Assembly: GCF_000009045.1 (NCBI RefSeq)
Contig: NC_000964.3
Coordinates: forward strand, 1,980,001 to 2,012,000
Length of the DNA stretch: 32,000 bases
From: Bacillus subtilis subsp. subtilis str. 168
GTDB taxonomy: Bacteria; Bacillota; Bacilli; Bacillales; Bacillaceae
Direction: 5' to 3'
The number at the start of each line of letters is the position of its first letter. Positions within the stretch are counted from its first letter, which is position 1. The notes beneath the pieces are model-generated. The model was not told the DNA's origin. It saw only the letters and a program-made list of their open reading frames with translations, and did not search any database. Position numbers and translations under genes: made by a program. Shown one piece after another: positions 1 to 10,100 of the stretch.

Positions 1-1165
1 GCGCCACATCCCCGGTTTTGTACATGCGTTCCCCCAGGTAAAACGGGTCTTCAAGAAAACGCTCCTCCGTTAATGCCGGCCGATTCAAATAACCTCTGGC
101 AACACCCGCTCCGGCAATGTATAGTTCGCCGGCGACACCGGAAGGCTGTACGGCTAAATGCGGATCTAAAACATACAAACGCGCACCAGGTACGGGCTTC
201 CCAATCGGAATCCGCAAACGGTCTCTGTCCCGTTCTGGATCTAACACGTAAAATGCCGCGTCTACCGTGGCTTCTGTCGGCCCGTAGCCATGGATTAATG
301 ATACCTGCGGCAATACAGAAGCAAAACGGGCTGCCGTACGCGGCGCAAGCGGTTCACCTCCGGCGAATACACGCTTTAGGCTTGTCCTGTCACTCAGCCT
401 TTCGATTTCCGCTTGATCGAGAAAGCTGTTCAGCATAGCCGGAATAAAATGAGCCGTTGTCACGTTTTCCTGATGAATGGCTTGTACGATCAATGCGGAG
501 TCTTTTTCCCAGCCGGGCGGAAGCAGATACGCCGAAGCACCGGAAAGAGCCCACCAAAACAGCTGCCACACAGACGCATCAAAGGAAAAAGAGGTTTTCA
601 CCATGACAATGTCATCTTCCGAAAGCCGAAACTGGTGCTGCATGCCGGTCAGAAAGGAAACAGCCTGGCGGTGCTCAACGGCCACTCCTTTCGGCTGCCC
701 GGTAGAGCCCGATGTATAGATGACATAGGCGAGAGATCCGTCGCTAACAGAAGCAGACACATGACGTTTTACTTCTTCACACTCAAGAGATGTCATGTCC
801 ACTTCAAGCGTTTCGCCAGAAAAGTTTGGTGCGGAGCATCCCGGCTGTGTCAGCAAGAGCGATGCCCCGCTGTCTTTCAGCATGTAGCTCAGCCGCTCCT
901 TTGGATACGCAGGATCAAGCGGCAAATACGCCCCTCCGGCCTTCAATACAGCAAGGACAGCGATCAGCATGTCAGGTGAGCGTTCAGACAGGACACCGAC
1001 GATACTTTCGTTTGTGACGCCGCGTGCCGCAAGGTGCGCAGCCAGCCGGCTGGCGTACATATCAAGCTCAGCGTATGTCAGCGAACCGCCTGAAAAGCGA
1101 ATGGCCAGCCGCTCCGGTGTGACTGCCGCCTGTCGTTCAAACAGCCCATGCAGGGTTGGGGCTTC
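1..1165 (-). repeat. Copy 1 (ppsC Glu A-domain) of a ~1.16 kb near-identical direct repeat; partner is 15428-16592
   Basis: Position p aligns with p+15427 without gaps. I count about 13 mismatches in the first 720 nt by eye. A divergent patch lies at ~734-789, then near-identity resumes to ~1130 and decays by ~1165. The duplicated plus-strand shadow ORFs in the track (73-438/15329-15865, 413-979/15840-16406, 790-1017/16217-16444) show the same offset. The repeat probably continues left of the window. Confidence 0.95.
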
Positions 1166-2548
1166 AGGTGAAACAGATACTGTCCTGTTATTTTGAGAAA
1201 CGATTTTCCGTGTTTTGTCCTCATCTAGCAACGTCATCTTTGACACAGGAAGAGATGGATCAGAGATGACGTCAGAGACCATGTGCAGCAAATAATCTTT
1301 TATTTCGGACATCATGCTTGGTTGATAAGCGCTGGTCTGAAAATGAATCCGAACGTACAAGGTACGGCCTGGGATCACTTTGACACTGCAACTATAATTG
1401 GTCACCTCTTCCATCTCAAAATCTTTGACGGAGAAATCAAATGACCCCGCTTGATTCAGCTCTTCGATCTCTTGCTGGGTAGGTGTATTTTCAAAGACGA
1501 TAATATGATCGATCAACTCTTGCTTTAGAGCACTCTGCGCCTGAATATCATACAAGGGAAAGTAACTATAGGCTTCTGCCTCATTCATGTCCTTTTGCAT
1601 TCTCCTGACTAGGTCAGAAAAAGACAGAGAATCACTTTGGGCTCGAATAGGAATGGTATTGATAAAAAGCCCGACCATGTTTTCCACATCTTTTAGCTCA
1701 GAAGGTCTGCCTGATATAACTGAACCGAACACAGCATCGCTGCTGCGATTGACCTTTTGAAGCATAATCCCCCATAAAGCTTGGAAAACAGTGTTTAGTG
1801 TCGCACCAGAAGCTGCTGCGATTTTCTGTAATTCGGCGGTTTCTTTTTCGGGAATGGCAAACGTGATCTGCTGTAGTGTCCCATTCGGAATTTGATCTGT
1901 TCTTTTCGGCAGGGGTGTAGATTTTTCGAAATGCTGAAGCCTCTTTTTCCAGTACTCAGCTGCTTCTTCACGATCTTGCTGCATCAGCCATTTAATATAC
2001 GTCCCGTACGGCTGTACGGGAGGCAAATCAGGAAGCTGGCCTTTACCCAGCGCTTGATAAATATGGAGAAAGTCTTTAATGACGATGCCTAAACACCAGC
2101 CATCCATTAAAATATGATGGTGGCTCCAGATACAGACATAATGATCAGGCGCCCATTTTAAAATAGATATTCTCATCAGTACATCCGTTTGGAGATCAAA
2201 GCCTTTGGATTTGTCCTGCTCTTTGAATGCCTCGGTACAATGTTCTTTATCCCTTTCATTGAGATGGGAAATATCTTCAATATGAATAGGGCAATGACGT
2301 TGCTTGAGCACGACTTGACGAGGTTTGGCTACATTTTTATAGATGAATGCTGTTCGAAAGATATCGTACCTGTCAAAAACAGCATCCATACTTTTTTGGA
2401 AACGCTCCAAGTCAAGCTGTCCATGGATCGTAAAAGAAGCCTGTTCAAAATAAGCTCTCGACTGTTCATCATACAGTGAGTGAAAAAGCATCCCTTCCTG
2501 CATAAATGACAAAGGGTATATATCCTGTATTTCAGGTTGCTGCGGCAT
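1..2548 (-). CDS. ppsC: Plipastatin/fengycin NRPS subunit C, N-terminal 849 codons (C-A(Glu)..., truncated by the left window edge)
   Basis: The minus frame is open from ATG 2548-2546 to position 1. The ORF track lists nothing here because no stop falls inside the window, and no competing minus ORF is listed. RBS GAGAGGAG (rc of 2557-2564) lies 8 nt upstream. Translation starts MPQQPEIQDIYPLSFMQEGMLFHS. C-domain HHILMDG = 2099-2119; A-domain core YTSGSTGQPKG = 686-718. The window ends in the YKTGD core. Pocket residues read by hand are D-A-W-H-F-G-G-V-D, with the final Lys outside the window; this is a Glu code. Confidence 0.9.
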   Translation of the reverse strand, partial: MPQQPEIQDIYPLSFMQEGMLFHSLYDEQSRAYFEQASFTIHGQLDLERFQKSMDAVFDRYDIFRTAFIYKNVAKPRQVVLKQRHCPIHIEDISHLNERDKEHCTEAFKEQDKSKGFDLQTDVLMRISILKWAPDHYVCIWSHHHILMDGWCLGIVIKDFLHIYQALGKGQLPDLPPVQPYGTYIKWLMQQDREEAAEYWKKRLQHFEKSTPLPKRTDQIPNGTLQQITFAIPEKETAELQKIAAASGATLNTVFQALWGIMLQKVNRSSDAVFGSVISGRPSELKDVENMVGLFINTIPIRAQSDSLSFSDLVRRMQKDMNEAEAYSYFPLYDIQAQSALKQELIDHIIVFENTPTQQEIEELNQAGSFDFSVKDFEMEEVTNYSCSVKVIPGRTLYVRIHFQTSAYQPSMMSEIKDYLLHMVSDVISDPSLPVSKMTLLDEDKTRKIVSQNNRTVSVSPEAPTLHGLFERQAAVTPERLAIRFSGGSLTYAELDMYASRLAAHLAARGVTNESIVGVLSERSPDMLIAVLAVLKAGGAYLPLDPAYPKERLSYMLKDSGASLLLTQPGCSAPNFSGETLEVDMTSLECEEVKRHVSASVSDGSLAYVIYTSGSTGQPKGVAVEHRQAVSFLTGMQHQFRLSEDDIVMVKTSFSFDASVWQLFWWALSGASAYLLPPGWEKDSALIVQAIHQENVTTAHFIPAMLNSFLDQAEIERLSDRTSLKRVFAGGEPLAPRTAARFASVLPQVSLIHGYGPTEATVDAAFYVLDPERDRDRLRIPIGKPVPGARLYVLDPHLAVQPSGVAGELYIAGAGVARGYLNRPALTEERFLEDPFYLGERMYKTGDVA

Positions 2549-2564
2549 CAGTGAATCTCCTCTC

Positions 2565-5500
2565 CTATAGTTTGTTGACGGCTCCCATGATCTCACTCAA
2601 TTCATCAAGCGTTAAGTCTTCATCAGTGAAATCAGATGCGCTCCACTCTTGGTTTTCTTTGCCGGTACAATGCTCAATGATGTTTTCCAGAGTCTGTTTA
2701 AAATGCCTGGAAAATGTTTGGATTGTTTTTTCCTCAAATTGAAACCTGTTATAGATGATGTGCATGTTCAGGCACCCCGAAGAAACGGCGCCGCTGATAT
2801 CCAGTGCATAAGGACGCTCCCAGTTCGGGCTGATCTCATTTCCTGGCTTGATGTCAGACACCTCAAAGGCATTTGATTGAATATCCTGATCAAACTGGCC
2901 TAAATAATTAAAGCTGATTTCTGGGCTGTTTTTCTGAGAGCCCCATCTTTTGCTGATATATTTCAGCACGCCGTAGCCCGCGCCTTTATGCGGTATACGG
3001 TGCAGCATATCTTTTGTCTGTTTAATAAGGTGGCCCAGCCGCTCTTCTTTGTCCTTATGATCGGAATCTCTCATATCAAGCCACACAGGATAAATGGAGG
3101 TGAACCAGCCAACAGTTCTGCTAATATCGATGTCCTCAAGATATGATTCCCTTCCATGGCCCTCCATGCTGATTTTAAATTGGTTATTTCCCGTCCATTT
3201 CTGCAAAGCAAGACCTAAAGCTGTCAGAAGGATATCATTCATCTCCGTGCTGTAAGCTTTATGTGCAGCCGTTAATAGTAATTCTGTGTGATGGCGAGAT
3301 AGCTCAAAATCAATCACTTCTGTATCTTTGAATGTGTTAGATGCTGCGTCATTGTCTTTTGGAATAGGCTGGATGTGACGGTTCTCGCACTCATCCCAGT
3401 ACGCTGCTTCGCGCTGCACCTGGCGGCTTATAGAGTAGTCAGCTATTCTTTGTGAATACGTTAAATATGAATCTGTTTTTTGCGGCAGTTTAATAGATTC
3501 TCCTGAGACTGCCTGTTTGTAAGCTGTTGAAAAATCCTCAAACAAAATGCGCCAAGAAACCGCATCAACAACTAAGTGATGAATCGTTAGAAATAAATGG
3601 TCACCATTCTCGGTTCTAAACAATCCAGCGTGAAGTAAGGGGCCGGTTTCCAAACGAATATGTTCTTGCATCCGGCTGGCTGCTTCCTCAATCGTGTTCC
3701 GGGCTTCTGTTAGGCTATCCTTTACATCAAACAGTTCAAGTGCATATAGCTCCTCATCTGAAAGATCTATCCCTCTGTTTATCTGCACTTGCCTGCCATC
3801 TTCATGCCGGCATACGATTCTCAGTGCATCATGATGAGTCACAAGGCTTTTTAGTACTTTTCTAAGCGCAGCCTCATCAAATCGTTCAGCCCGGTAGATC
3901 ATAACGGATTGGTTAAAATGATGGCTTTCCAGAGATTGCGAGAAAAACCACTGCTGGATAGGTGTCCAAGTAATCTCGCCTTCGACCGGGCCTTGGTCAA
4001 TGGCGCGTACGTCTTTTCGAACCCGGGCGGACAGTTCACCAAGAGTCTGATGTTCAAACATCTCACGTACTGTCGTTTCAAATCCGCGCTGCTTCAGTCT
4101 GGCACAAACCTGCAGCGCTTTAATAGAGTCTCCGCCAAGCTTAAAGAAATTGGCGCTTACACCCAGCTCATCTACATTAAGAAGCTCTTCCCAAATTTCA
4201 GCCATCACCGTTTCAATCTCATTTCTAGGACTGATATCATCAGCTGTATAAGCTTGTTTTTCAGGCTCTGGCAGGGCTTTCTGATCGAGCTTTCCATTAA
4301 CAGTCACCGGGATGCTGTCAATTTGTATCATACGGGCAGGCAGCATAAAGTCAGGCAAGGCGTTTTTTAGGTAAGTTCGGATGTCTGATATATTCGCAGC
4401 CTGTTGATCTTTTATCACCATATATGCATATATAGCTGTTTGCCCTTGCTCGTCTGCTCTGGTAATGACAGCCGCCTCTTTAATCATTGGATACTGAAGA
4501 AGTGCCGCTTGGATTTCGCCTAACTCAATACGGTGCCCTCTGACTTTCACCTGCTCATCAATGCGGCCTAAGTATTCCAGCTCGCCATTTGACAGGCGCT
4601 TAGCAAGATCTCCTGTTCGGTATAATCTGTCTCCCGGAAGATAAGGATTGGATACAAAACGGTCAGCGGTCAGCTCATCTCTGTTGAGATATCCCCGTGC
4701 CACACCTTCGCCGCCTATATACAGCTCCCCTGGAACTCCGGTCGGCTGCAGGTTCATATGGGCATCCATCACATGAGCCTGCAGAGTAGAAAGAGGCCGG
4801 CCGATATTGCTTTTATTTTTTGCAATGTCTGCTGCGGACAATTTTTTGAATGTTACATGGACCGTTGTTTCTGTAATACCGTACATATTAATCAAATCAG
4901 TATGAGGATATTTTTCATTCCAGCTTTGAAGCAATCCGGGCTGTAAGGCTTCGCCGCCAAAAATCACATAGCGGATGTTTAAATGATCTGTATGATTTTG
5001 GTCTTCAAGCATCAAGCCGTAAAAAGCAGTCGGGGTCTGATTGAGTACAGTGACGCGCTCTTTTTTTAACAATAATCGGAATGCTTGGGGGTCACGGGCT
5101 GTTTCTTTAGAGACCACGACTAATGTACTTCCGTTCAATAACGCACCGAACATCTCCCATACAGAGAAATCAAAGCAATAAGAATGAAATAACGTCCAGA
5201 CGTCTTCATGGTTAAATTCAAAAGGCAGGTTTTGATGCTTCAAGAGACTGATCACATTGCGGTGCTCGACAATGACTCCCTTTGGCTGACCAGTCGTTCC
5301 AGATGTGTATATCACGTATGCGGGCTGATCCGTTACTATTTCTTCAATGTTTACATCAGCCGGAATTGAGTTGTTTTCACATTCATCGATATACAAAATA
5401 TGCCCGGTGTAGTCTGCAGGTTTGTTTAGACCGCGCTCTGTCAGCAGCAGTTTTGCTCCGCTGTCATTGAGCATAAAGCTAATACGCTCCTTGGGATATT

Positions 5501-7100
5501 CAGGATCAATCGGCAAATAGGCCCCGCCAGCTTTTAAAATCGATAAAACGCCAATGATCATATCAGGTGACCGATCGAGCATCAGACCGACGATATCGCC
5601 AGTTCTGACCCCTTGTTTGATCAGCATAGCAGCTGCCCGCTCGGCTTTTTCATTCAGGTCTCGATACGTAAGCTGAGAATGGCCGCACACCACTGCGATA
5701 TGCTCCGGATACTGAGCTACTTGCTTTTCAAATAAGCTTACTATGTTTTCATTTCTCGGATAAGCTGCATACTGCCCCATTTTTTCAAGGAGTAACCTAC
5801 GCTCTGCAGCAGGAAGCAATTGCATGTTCGAAATTCTCATCTCAGTATCCGCCGTTACCCCTTTTACCAATTCAATAAAATAGGATGCCCACTGCGTAAT
5901 GGTTTCTTCTTCAAAAAGAGCAGTGCTGTATTCAAAACGGCAGCGTATTCCACTCAGATGCTCCTCAGCATGTAATGTTAAATCGAATTTAGATATATCA
6001 TGTTTAGGAGTGACAGACGAAATCGACAGACCAGGCACTTCGAACCGGAAATCTTCACTGCTTTGAAGCACAAGCATCGCATCGAACAGCGGGTTGCGAT
6101 TTACCTCTCGATTTGTATCGAGCTTATCTGCCAGCTCCTCAAAAGGATAATCCTGATGCTCGTAAGCGGTCAGAGCCAGGTGGCGAATGTCATGCAAATA
6201 GGAGCTGAACGTTTTGTGGCCCTCGGGCTTGCTGCGCATCGCCAATGTATTGACGAACATTCCGATGACGCGCTCCAGATCAGCGTGCGGTCTTCCGGCA
6301 GCAGGCGAACCGACAACAATATCCTCTTGCCCGCTTAGCTTAGATAACAAAATAGAATAGACAGCCAGAAGAATCATATACAATGTTGTTCCCGTTTCAG
6401 CCATTAAACGGTGCAGTTCATCAGCCATGTCTTTATCAATGTTGACTTCAATTGTTCCACCCCTGAAATCAGGGAGACGCGGCCTTGTTTTATCAAGCGG
6501 TAATTCTAGTGTAGGAAGACTCCCGCCAAGCTGACCGAGCCAGTAGGCCTCCTGTTTTTTGTATAGCTCTTTCGGGTGCTTCTCTTGCTGCCAAACAGCA
6601 AAATCCTTATAATGCAGGTTTAAAGCTGGCAACTCTTTTCCGCAATATAAGTCAGTAAATTCTTGGACAAGAGTGCTCATCGAGACACCGTCGGCAATAA
6701 TATGGTGCATATCGAGCAGCAAAAAGCCGCGATTATTGCCCATTGTAATGACACATGCTCTAAAAAGCGGACCGGATGATAGATAAAACGGTTTGATAAA
6801 GGTCTCGATTGCAGACTCAAGCATTTGTTCTGATTCCATTTCAAGCTCTTTTAGATCAAAAGCCATCTCTGGATAAATGATCTGCACAGGCTCGTCTCTG
6901 TCAAGCACAAAAACAGTCCGTAATGCTTCATGCCGATTCACAAGTTCTGTGAGAACGCTTCTCAACCGCTGGCGATTCAGATTTCCGCGTAATTCAAGTA
7001 CAGCTGGCATGTTGTAGCCTGTGCTGTCATCTGCCAGCTGATGAAGAGCATATAATCGTTTTTGCGAGAAAGACAGCGGATAGACATCTCTTTGATCCGC
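2565..7100 (-). other. ppsB module 4: C-A(Thr)-T-E (boundary approximate)
   Basis: The second condensation domain starts near DVYPLSFSQKRLYALHQL (~7058-7090). Motif coordinates are as listed for ppsB. The terminal epimerization domain fits the D-allo-Thr of plipastatin. Confidence 0.8.
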
Positions 7101-10100
7101 AGGTTCAATCTGTGTAAAAGCGTGTTCTTTTAAGCTCATCAATTTGACCGCCATGCTTTCAACCGTCGGATAAGAAAACACCTCACTGAGCGGCAGCTCG
7201 ACATTAAGCTTTTTATGTATTCTTGATACCAGTGCGGCCGCTTTTAAGGACTGTCCGCCTAACTGAAAGAAATCATCACGAATGCCGATGTGCTGTTTAT
7301 TCAGCACATCTTCCCAAATATGTGCGAGATCAGCTTCGATTAAGGTTCGGGGCGCCATATATGTGACACTCGTATTGTTTTCTGGTTCAGGAAGCGCAAA
7401 CCTGTCAAGCTTGCCGCTGGATGTTAATGGCATCTGGCTGATGTTGATAATACTTGCTGGGATCATATAGGACGGCAATGTCCCGGCAAGATGCTGATAC
7501 AAATCTGGGAGGCTGTTTCCCTTTTCCGGAACGATATAAGCAACGAGCTCCTTTTCCTCAGCAGAAACATCACGGGCCAGTACCGCTGCTTCTTTTACCC
7601 CCGGTGCTTGTCGAAGAACTGTTTCAATCTCTCTCAGTTCAATACGATAACCCCTAATTTTCACTTGATCATCAAAACGTCCAATATATTCAATCGTTCC
7701 ATCAGGCAAAAAGCGGCCTGCATCACCTGTTCGGTATAAACGCTCCCCTTCAAGGAATGGATGATCGGAGAATGCTTTCTGTGTCAGCTCTTGCTGTTTG
7801 TAGTATCCTCTCGCAAGACCCGCGCCGGAAATACACAGTTCACCCGCCGCGCCGATCGGCTGCATTTGATTTCCGTGCAAAACAAATACTTTTGTGTTTC
7901 TGATCGGGTGTCCGATCGTGATCCTCTCTTTTTTATTCAGATGCCGCAATATTGTTGTTGCCACACTGTTTTCTGTGGGCCCGTATTCATTTGCCAGTTC
8001 AGCAGAAGGACAAATTATTTGATTCAACTCAAGCAGATCAGGCGTGACCGCTTCACCCGCAAATGTCACAATACGAAGACTTTTTGCATCGTCAGCAGTC
8101 ATCACTTCCAATAACACCCTGTACAGGGAAGGAACAATGATCATGTGGCTGACCTTATAACGGGCTATTTTTCGCTTAAGGGCCAGCACATCCTTCGCTT
8201 CGTCATCTGTTGTCAGCAGTACGCACGCACCAGATAAAAGCGGGGTAAATAAGCTCGTTACACAGCCGTCAAACACGTACGAAAACAAATGGAGGGATAT
8301 ATCCTGTTCGGTCATGCTATACTCTTCCCGTCTCCATTGCAATGTATTGGCAATACCGTGATGATCAACTAAAACCCCTTTAGGGCGCCCCGTCGTTCCC
8401 GACGTATAGATCAAGTAGGCTAGATCACCTGGCGGCATATTTGGCGCTTCTGTTTGGTAACTTTCTGTATGTTCTATCGTTATCGTATTTCCTTCATAGG
8501 ACGGAGGGATCAAGGAAATAAGGTCTTCTTCTATCAGCAATTGAGCCGCTTGACTGTCCTTCAGAAGAAAAGAAAGACGTTCTGCTGGAAAATGTGGATC
8601 AAGCGGCATATAAGCGCCGCCTGCTTTCCAAATCCCAAGCAGAGCTGCAGGCATTTCCATTGACCGGCCCATCATTACAGCAACGATATCCCCAGATCCA
8701 ACGCCTTTTTCTATCAGGGCGTGCGCAATCTGATTGGCTCTTACTTGTAACTGGCGATAGGTCCAGCACTCGTTTCCCATTTTCAATGCAGCAGCTTCAG
8801 GTGTTTTGTGAGCTTGTTCCTCAAACAATTGGGGTATCGTTTTGTTCACATAAGGACGCTCAGTTTCGTTAAACAATTGGATAACCTGTTGCTCCTCCGG
8901 CGGCACGATATTGATGTCACTGACGGCAACATCGGGATTTGTCAAAATGCAATCCAGTGCTTGCTTTAGATGCCCCTGAATCCTCAGCATCTCCTCCCGC
9001 TCGTAAACGTCTGCGTTGTAGCTGAATTTGATATAAAATGATTCTCCCGGAACGATAACGATATTAAAGTCGTAATTGGTTTGTTCCGACATTGAAATGT
9101 CACTCAGCTTCAGAGCGCCTTCGTCATTTTCACTCTCCACGCTTAATGCCTGATGAAGCTGTACAGGGTAATTTTCAAAAACAAAAATATGATCGATCAA
9201 CCCTTGCTTCAATGGACTATGGTTTTGAATCTCATAAAGCGGATAATACCCATGCTGTTCAGATGATAAAATATCCTCCTGCACGGCTTTGACCAGCGAA
9301 GAAAATGTTATGCCTTCCGCAGATCGGATTCGCACTGGAACAGTATTGATAAACAAACCGACCATTGATTCAATCCCGTCAATCGCTGACGGGCGTCCCG
9401 AAATGACGGAGCCAAAAACGGCATCATCTGCAGCATTATATCGATGGAGCAGCACGCCCCAAATACTCATAAACAGCGTGTTTAATGTCACTCCCCAGTT
9501 TTGGGCAGCCTCTGTCAGTTTCTCAACCATATCCGGCGCTAATGAAAAGCTGACCTGGTCGGCTTTATAATTCCCGTCTGCCGTGCGGCGCTTTATTCGG
9601 GGAATAGAAGCAGTATTGCCGTACTCCTTCAAATATTCGCTCCAGTAGGCAGCAGTCTCTTCTTGATCTTGTTCTCCGAGCCATTCAATATAACGGCTGT
9701 ACGGCACCGTGCTGCCAAGCTGTACAGGTGAGTTATTTTTGAGCGAATCATACATGCTGAAAAACTCTTTAAGAATAATGCCGAGACACCACCCATCCAT
9801 GATGATATGGTGATGTGTCCAGACACATGTATATTGGCTGTCTCCTCTATCAAAAAGGGCAAGACGCATTAAAGGATCTTTTTGCAAATCAAATCCTTTT
9901 TCCCGATCCTTAGTCATAAAAGCATCAATCAGCGTCTGCTGTTCTTGATCAGCCAGGCGAGAAATATCTTCTCTATATACTGTCAATTCACGGTTTGATA
10001 GAACTACCTGCTGCGGACCTGTAAGATCTGGTACTTCTTTAATGAAAATCGTTCTGAAAATATCATATCTAGAAACAAGAAGGTTTAAGCTCTTTTGAAA

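Noticed and set aside
73-1196. Plus-strand ORFs of 75-188 aa (73-438, 413-979, 477-719, 790-1017, 969-1196) that reappear almost identically at 15329-16722, which could look like a conserved duplicated gene set
   Set aside because: They are antisense shadows of the duplicated Glu A-domain DNA. Their apparent conservation is simply the ~98% repeat. The translations are Arg/Cys/His-rich low-complexity strings with no RBS, and the opposite strand carries unambiguous in-frame NRPS core motifs.
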